From Deltaproteobacteria bacterium (GTDB taxonomy: Bacteria; Myxococcota_A; Polyangia; Polyangiales; Houyiibacteriaceae): a stretch of 64,000 nt of DNA. The DNA lies in NCBI GenBank assembly GCA_034670305.1, contig JAXMNT010000024.1:1-64000 (forward strand), written 5' to 3'. Within the stretch, counting starts at the first letter, position 1. Each line of letters starts with the position of its first letter. Of this stretch, positions 63,434-64,000 are shown piece by piece. Below the pieces are notes generated by a model. That model did no database searches, was not told the DNA's origin, and was given only the letters and a program-made list of their open reading frames with translations. Position numbers and translations under genes: made by a program.

Positions 63434-63650
63434 CCCTTGCCCTTGCCCTTGCCCCTGCCCTTGCCCTCCCGAATCCGAAGCCGAAGCCGAAGCCGCGGCG
63501 ACGCCGATCCCGAAGCGAATCCGATCCCGAATCCGAAGCCGAATCCGAAGCCGAATCCGAAGCCGAAGCCGAATCCGAATCCGAAGCCGAATCCGAAGCC
63601 GATCCCGAAGCCGATCCCGAAGCCGATCCCGAAGCCGCTGCCGCTGCCGC
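63434..63650. repeat. Hexamer-repeat element R11: C-cap plus (GAATCC/GAAGCC/GATCCC)n core
   Basis: Cap 63434-63466; core 63468-63650. Confidence 0.92.
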
Positions 63651-63734
63651 TTTCCTTGCCTCCCCTACCAACGCGAAGAGCCGACCGCAGGTTGTGTGTG
63701 CGGTCGGCTGATCACGGTCGTTGGACGCGGCGCC

Positions 63735-64000
63735 TTACTCGGCGGTGGCTTCTTCTTCTTCGGTCGAGGGCACGGTGAACTGGACACCGGGCGCTGCGAT
63801 GGGGGTGGTGGAGCGGCGGTTGGACATGCCGAGGAAGCCGCCGCCGCCGCCGATGGGCGTGGAGCCGGCGCAGGAGACGTTGCCGGCGGCGTGGAGGGCG
63901 CAGCAGAAGTTCCAGCCGCAGCCGGCTTCGACGATGTTGCCGAAGGCGGCGACGGCCGGATCGTTGTCGCGCAGCCATTCCCACGGCGCGGTCACGTCGT
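63735..64000 (-). CDS. 3' end of a probable RCC1-repeat protein (runs off window)
   Basis: GCGWNFCCAL...GNVSCAG....LG pattern resembling RCC1 repeats. Confidence 0.5.
   Translation of the reverse strand, partial: DVTAPWEWLRDNDPAVAAFGNIVEAGCGWNFCCALHAAGNVSCAGSTPIGGGGGFLGMSNRRSTTPIAAPGVQFTVPSTEEEEATAE

Overview
High-GC bacterial chromosomal window with about 50 CDS. The abundance of Cys-rich DAG-linker lipoproteins, a PEGA Ser/Thr kinase and a stand-alone MshEN-like protein suggests Myxococcota, probably Polyangia/Sandaracinaceae-like (inference). Recognisable genes are cstA, pyrD, lysA, argH, fumC, comEC, speE, panB/panC, ftsE/ftsX/envC-like, thiC with its TPP riboswitch, a P450, an L,D-transpeptidase, a lipase and tRNA-Arg(CCG). 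No integrase, transposase, CRISPR array or prophage was recognised. The most notable observations are: (1) 12 intergenic hexamer-repeat loci (~2.9 kb) combining an NCNGAN core with (GGGCAN)n caps whose G-rich strand points outward in telomere-like polarity, with shared junction motifs and G-quadruplex potential; (2) a pentameric ligand-gated ion channel subunit fused to a C-terminal family-5 ABC solute-binding domain; (3) an intact P1B-ATPase-like ORF lacking the catalytic motifs; (4) an alpha/beta-hydrolase plus Extensin-like-C fusion; (5) an unannotated 43-aa extremely basic ORF; (6) nine genes with leaderless-type TAnnnT-N5-7-ATG starts; (7) a candidate structured RNA. All family assignments come from motif recognition by eye, without database searches. 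Several start codons were re-chosen from the ORF track.
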